Shown: positions 61,591 through 64,000 of the stretch, in pieces
Numbering within the stretch: position 1 is the first letter of the stretch
Layout of the letters: every line of letters begins with the position of its first letter
Source: Carcharhinus amblyrhynchos
Taxonomy: Eukaryota
Length of the DNA stretch: 64,000 bases
Assembly (NCBI GenBank): GCA_965287045.1
Contig: OZ336888.1
Span: forward strand, 38,006,001-38,070,000
Direction of reading: 5' to 3'
Notes under the pieces: model-generated
What the model was told of the DNA's origin: nothing
Databases searched by the model: none
The model's input: the letters and a program-made list of their open reading frames with translations, nothing else
Position numbers and translations under genes: made by a program

Positions 61591-62499
61591 AGTGTGGATA
61601 ATCAGAAAGCGATAACAATGAATGTAGTGAACTTTCAGTTGTTGGATCTCAGTTCTGCTTTTTAATGAATAATTTCTGTGTATTTTATCTGTTGTCAGTT
61701 AGAAGTTTAGTTTCACTCTTCTGGGTTAAAGTACCATTTTAGCCCCACTCCGCTCAATCCATGATATTTACTGCGCAGTTTGTTGGTGCTCTAAAGGTGC
61801 ATTTGGTCTATCCTGCCCTCAGTGTATTCAAAAGAAAATAGACAGCAAGTACAAATATATTGAGTTTGGGCAAATCAGCATCCCTTGTCCAATCTGCCCA
61901 TAATATTTTAAGTTATTTAAATGATTGAAATGCACTTGTCTAATATCTTCCATTATTCCTCAAGGAATGGGAATGATACTAACAATAATATTGCATAGGG
62001 AAAGTGGAATTGAAGCCTAAAGTCAGCCAGGAATGGCGGAACAGGCTCAGTTGACCTGATGATCTACCCCTGGCCCTGTTTCTCGTGTTCTTAGTGCAGG
62101 AACTATGGTATTGGCTGATAATCCAGGCACCTAAACTAATAACCCAGAATAATCTCCCACCATGGCAATGTCAGCATCTAAACTGCGTTACAGATACCTA
62201 AAAATAATAAAGTGGTTTCAGTAAAACCGGCCACGAGAAATCCAACTACCTCACTAATGCCATTTAGCACATGAAAGCTGCCATTACACCGTCTCACTCC
62301 CTCCCTCTCTTCCTTCATCCCCTTGTTAAGATCAGAAACAACTCTTTTTTGTATCAATGACGAACTTGTCAATTGCACATCTATTTATTAATCTTGTTAC
62401 AGAACAAGCTGTATGAATGCGGTTTAATAACATTATTACAATTATTTTTAAATAAATAATCTTAAGCATAACCTTTTTTTAATTCTATGCGAGTTTGGA

Positions 62500-62872
62500 A
62501 AAATTTCGAAATGAAAAATGTATTCAAGATCCTGAGGACAAGATAAATAGTGAGAAACTGTTCCCATTCGAGAAAGCATCAAAAAAGAGAGGGCACAGAT
62601 TCAAGATAACTGGTTAAGGGAGCAAAAGTGATGTGAGGAACTTCTTTTTCACCCAGATGGTTGTTGGAGTCTGGAAGTAAATTTCTGAGAAGATTCTGGA
62701 AGCAGGTTCCATCAAGGTATTCAAAAGAGAATTGGATTTCTATCTGAAAAGAAAGAATATGCAAAATTAGGGGGAATAAGGCAGTGGGGTGGGGTTAGGT
62801 AGAATGTTCGTTCAGAGAGCCAGTGCAGACTCGATGGGCCAAATGGCCTCCTTCTGCACTGTAATGATTCTG
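62500..62872 (+). mobile_element. CR1 LINE 3' fragment
   Basis: Similar to 31990-32362; tail atggcctccttctgcactgtaatgattctg. Confidence 0.85.
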
Positions 62873-63744
62873 CAATGAATGGAGGCTAAACTAACAGTAA
62901 AATATTTTGCCCTGTACATGTTAAGCTTCTTTAGTCCACGATTACATTGTGCCTCTCAATGACAAATTGTGTCCAGAGAAGGATTAGTCTGCAACAAACC
63001 TCTCCGTTTCTGCATTGCGATCATTATATATAATTACGTGGAAAGAATGCGTTGTTCCCTGTGTAAGCGGCGGGGAGAATCTAAAGCACAGGTGGCTTCT
63101 GTGGTTCCAGGGTGAGATGGATGACGGCTGGGTGGGTGTTGGTAGCCTGGAAGAGACTACACAGAGGAGGCGCTAGTAAAATCATCTGGATGATGACACC
63201 CGATCTTTATGAATTGTTTAGACAAGAGGGGAAAGCACCGAGAACAGAGAGGGAGAGACGCCCAGTCTGGAAGAAAGGGAGGCGGAAGCATGACTAGAAG
63301 AGTATGCTGGATGGATTACCGAACAGGTCAGATGTTTTTCGCACACTCACACAGACACAGATTGCAGAGACTTATCTCCACACTCAGATAGAGGTGCAAA
63401 TGCAGAGATACTCGCATCTCAGAGAGGCACACACAAAAGCGAGGCAGTGCAATTTGAAGAATTTTACTGACATGAATTACTGACCTGGGAAAGGGCGAGT
63501 TGGGAAATAGAGTTAAAATATAAACTCTCTGACGAAATGACAAAATAGTGCGGACTCTCAGACTGGGAACAGGGGGTAAACAGGAGGCTTCAGGGGAAAA
63601 GCTGGAAATTACGTTCCAAAGCGGGCAGTTCTTGTTAAAATTGCGAATTTGGAACATTGTAAAGGTGTATATTCATTGTAATTTCAACAATACATCCCAA
63701 CCCCTACAACAGTCGCTGCCTTTGGGATTTAAATTTTCACCTTA

Positions 63745-64000
63745 GTGAGTGTGAGTGTGAGAGAGAGAGTATGCGAGAGAGTGAGTGTGTGTGAGTATGA
63801 GTATGCGTGTCTGTGTGTATGCCTGTAATGTTGTATGTGTGTGTGTGTGTGTTTTGTGAGTGTGCGCGAGTGAACGTGTGTATACGTGTGTGTGATGTGC
63901 GTGAGTATTTTGTGTGTGTGCGTTTTGAGTGTGTTTTCTGTGTTGTGTGTGTGTGTTTTGAGTGTGTTTTGTGTGTTGTGTTTTGTGAGTGTGCGTGTGT
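63745..64000. repeat. Imperfect (TG)n repeat
   Basis: Directly visible. Confidence 0.95.

Noticed and set aside
63304-63330. MLDGL.. resembling the LMX1 N-terminus
   Set aside because: Similarity stops after five residues; no LIM-homeodomain sequence follows.

Overview
Eukaryotic, repeat-rich DNA. It is most likely intergenic or intronic sequence from a cartilaginous fish (shark), inferred from HE1-type V-SINEs with CR1 tails and Deu-domain SINEs. I found no intact host protein-coding gene, and almost all listed ORFs are TE debris or simple-repeat translations. Most of the window is nested mobile DNA: CR1, L2, RTE and Rex/Babar LINEs, several SINE families and Harbinger-type MITEs. A complete TG...CA Gypsy-type LTR element with a 5-bp TSD keeps gag and protease but has no recognisable RT or integrase (32418-36851). 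Penelope-like elements occur with GIY-YIG remnants, inverted pseudo-LTRs and degenerate minimal hammerhead ribozyme motifs. The most notable structures are: (i) Penelope/hammerhead fold-back mini-elements, (ii) a double-tailed inverted CR1 insertion at 51.8-52.7 kb, (iii) a locally templated duplication-inversion at 40.8 kb inside an RTE that also produced two minisatellites, and (iv) a CpG-retaining, TE-poor domain at about 55.4-63.7 kb with a candidate promoter and first exon near 60.2 kb. Family names come from motif recognition by eye, not database searches, and many boundaries are approximate. Three N gaps lie next to simple repeats.
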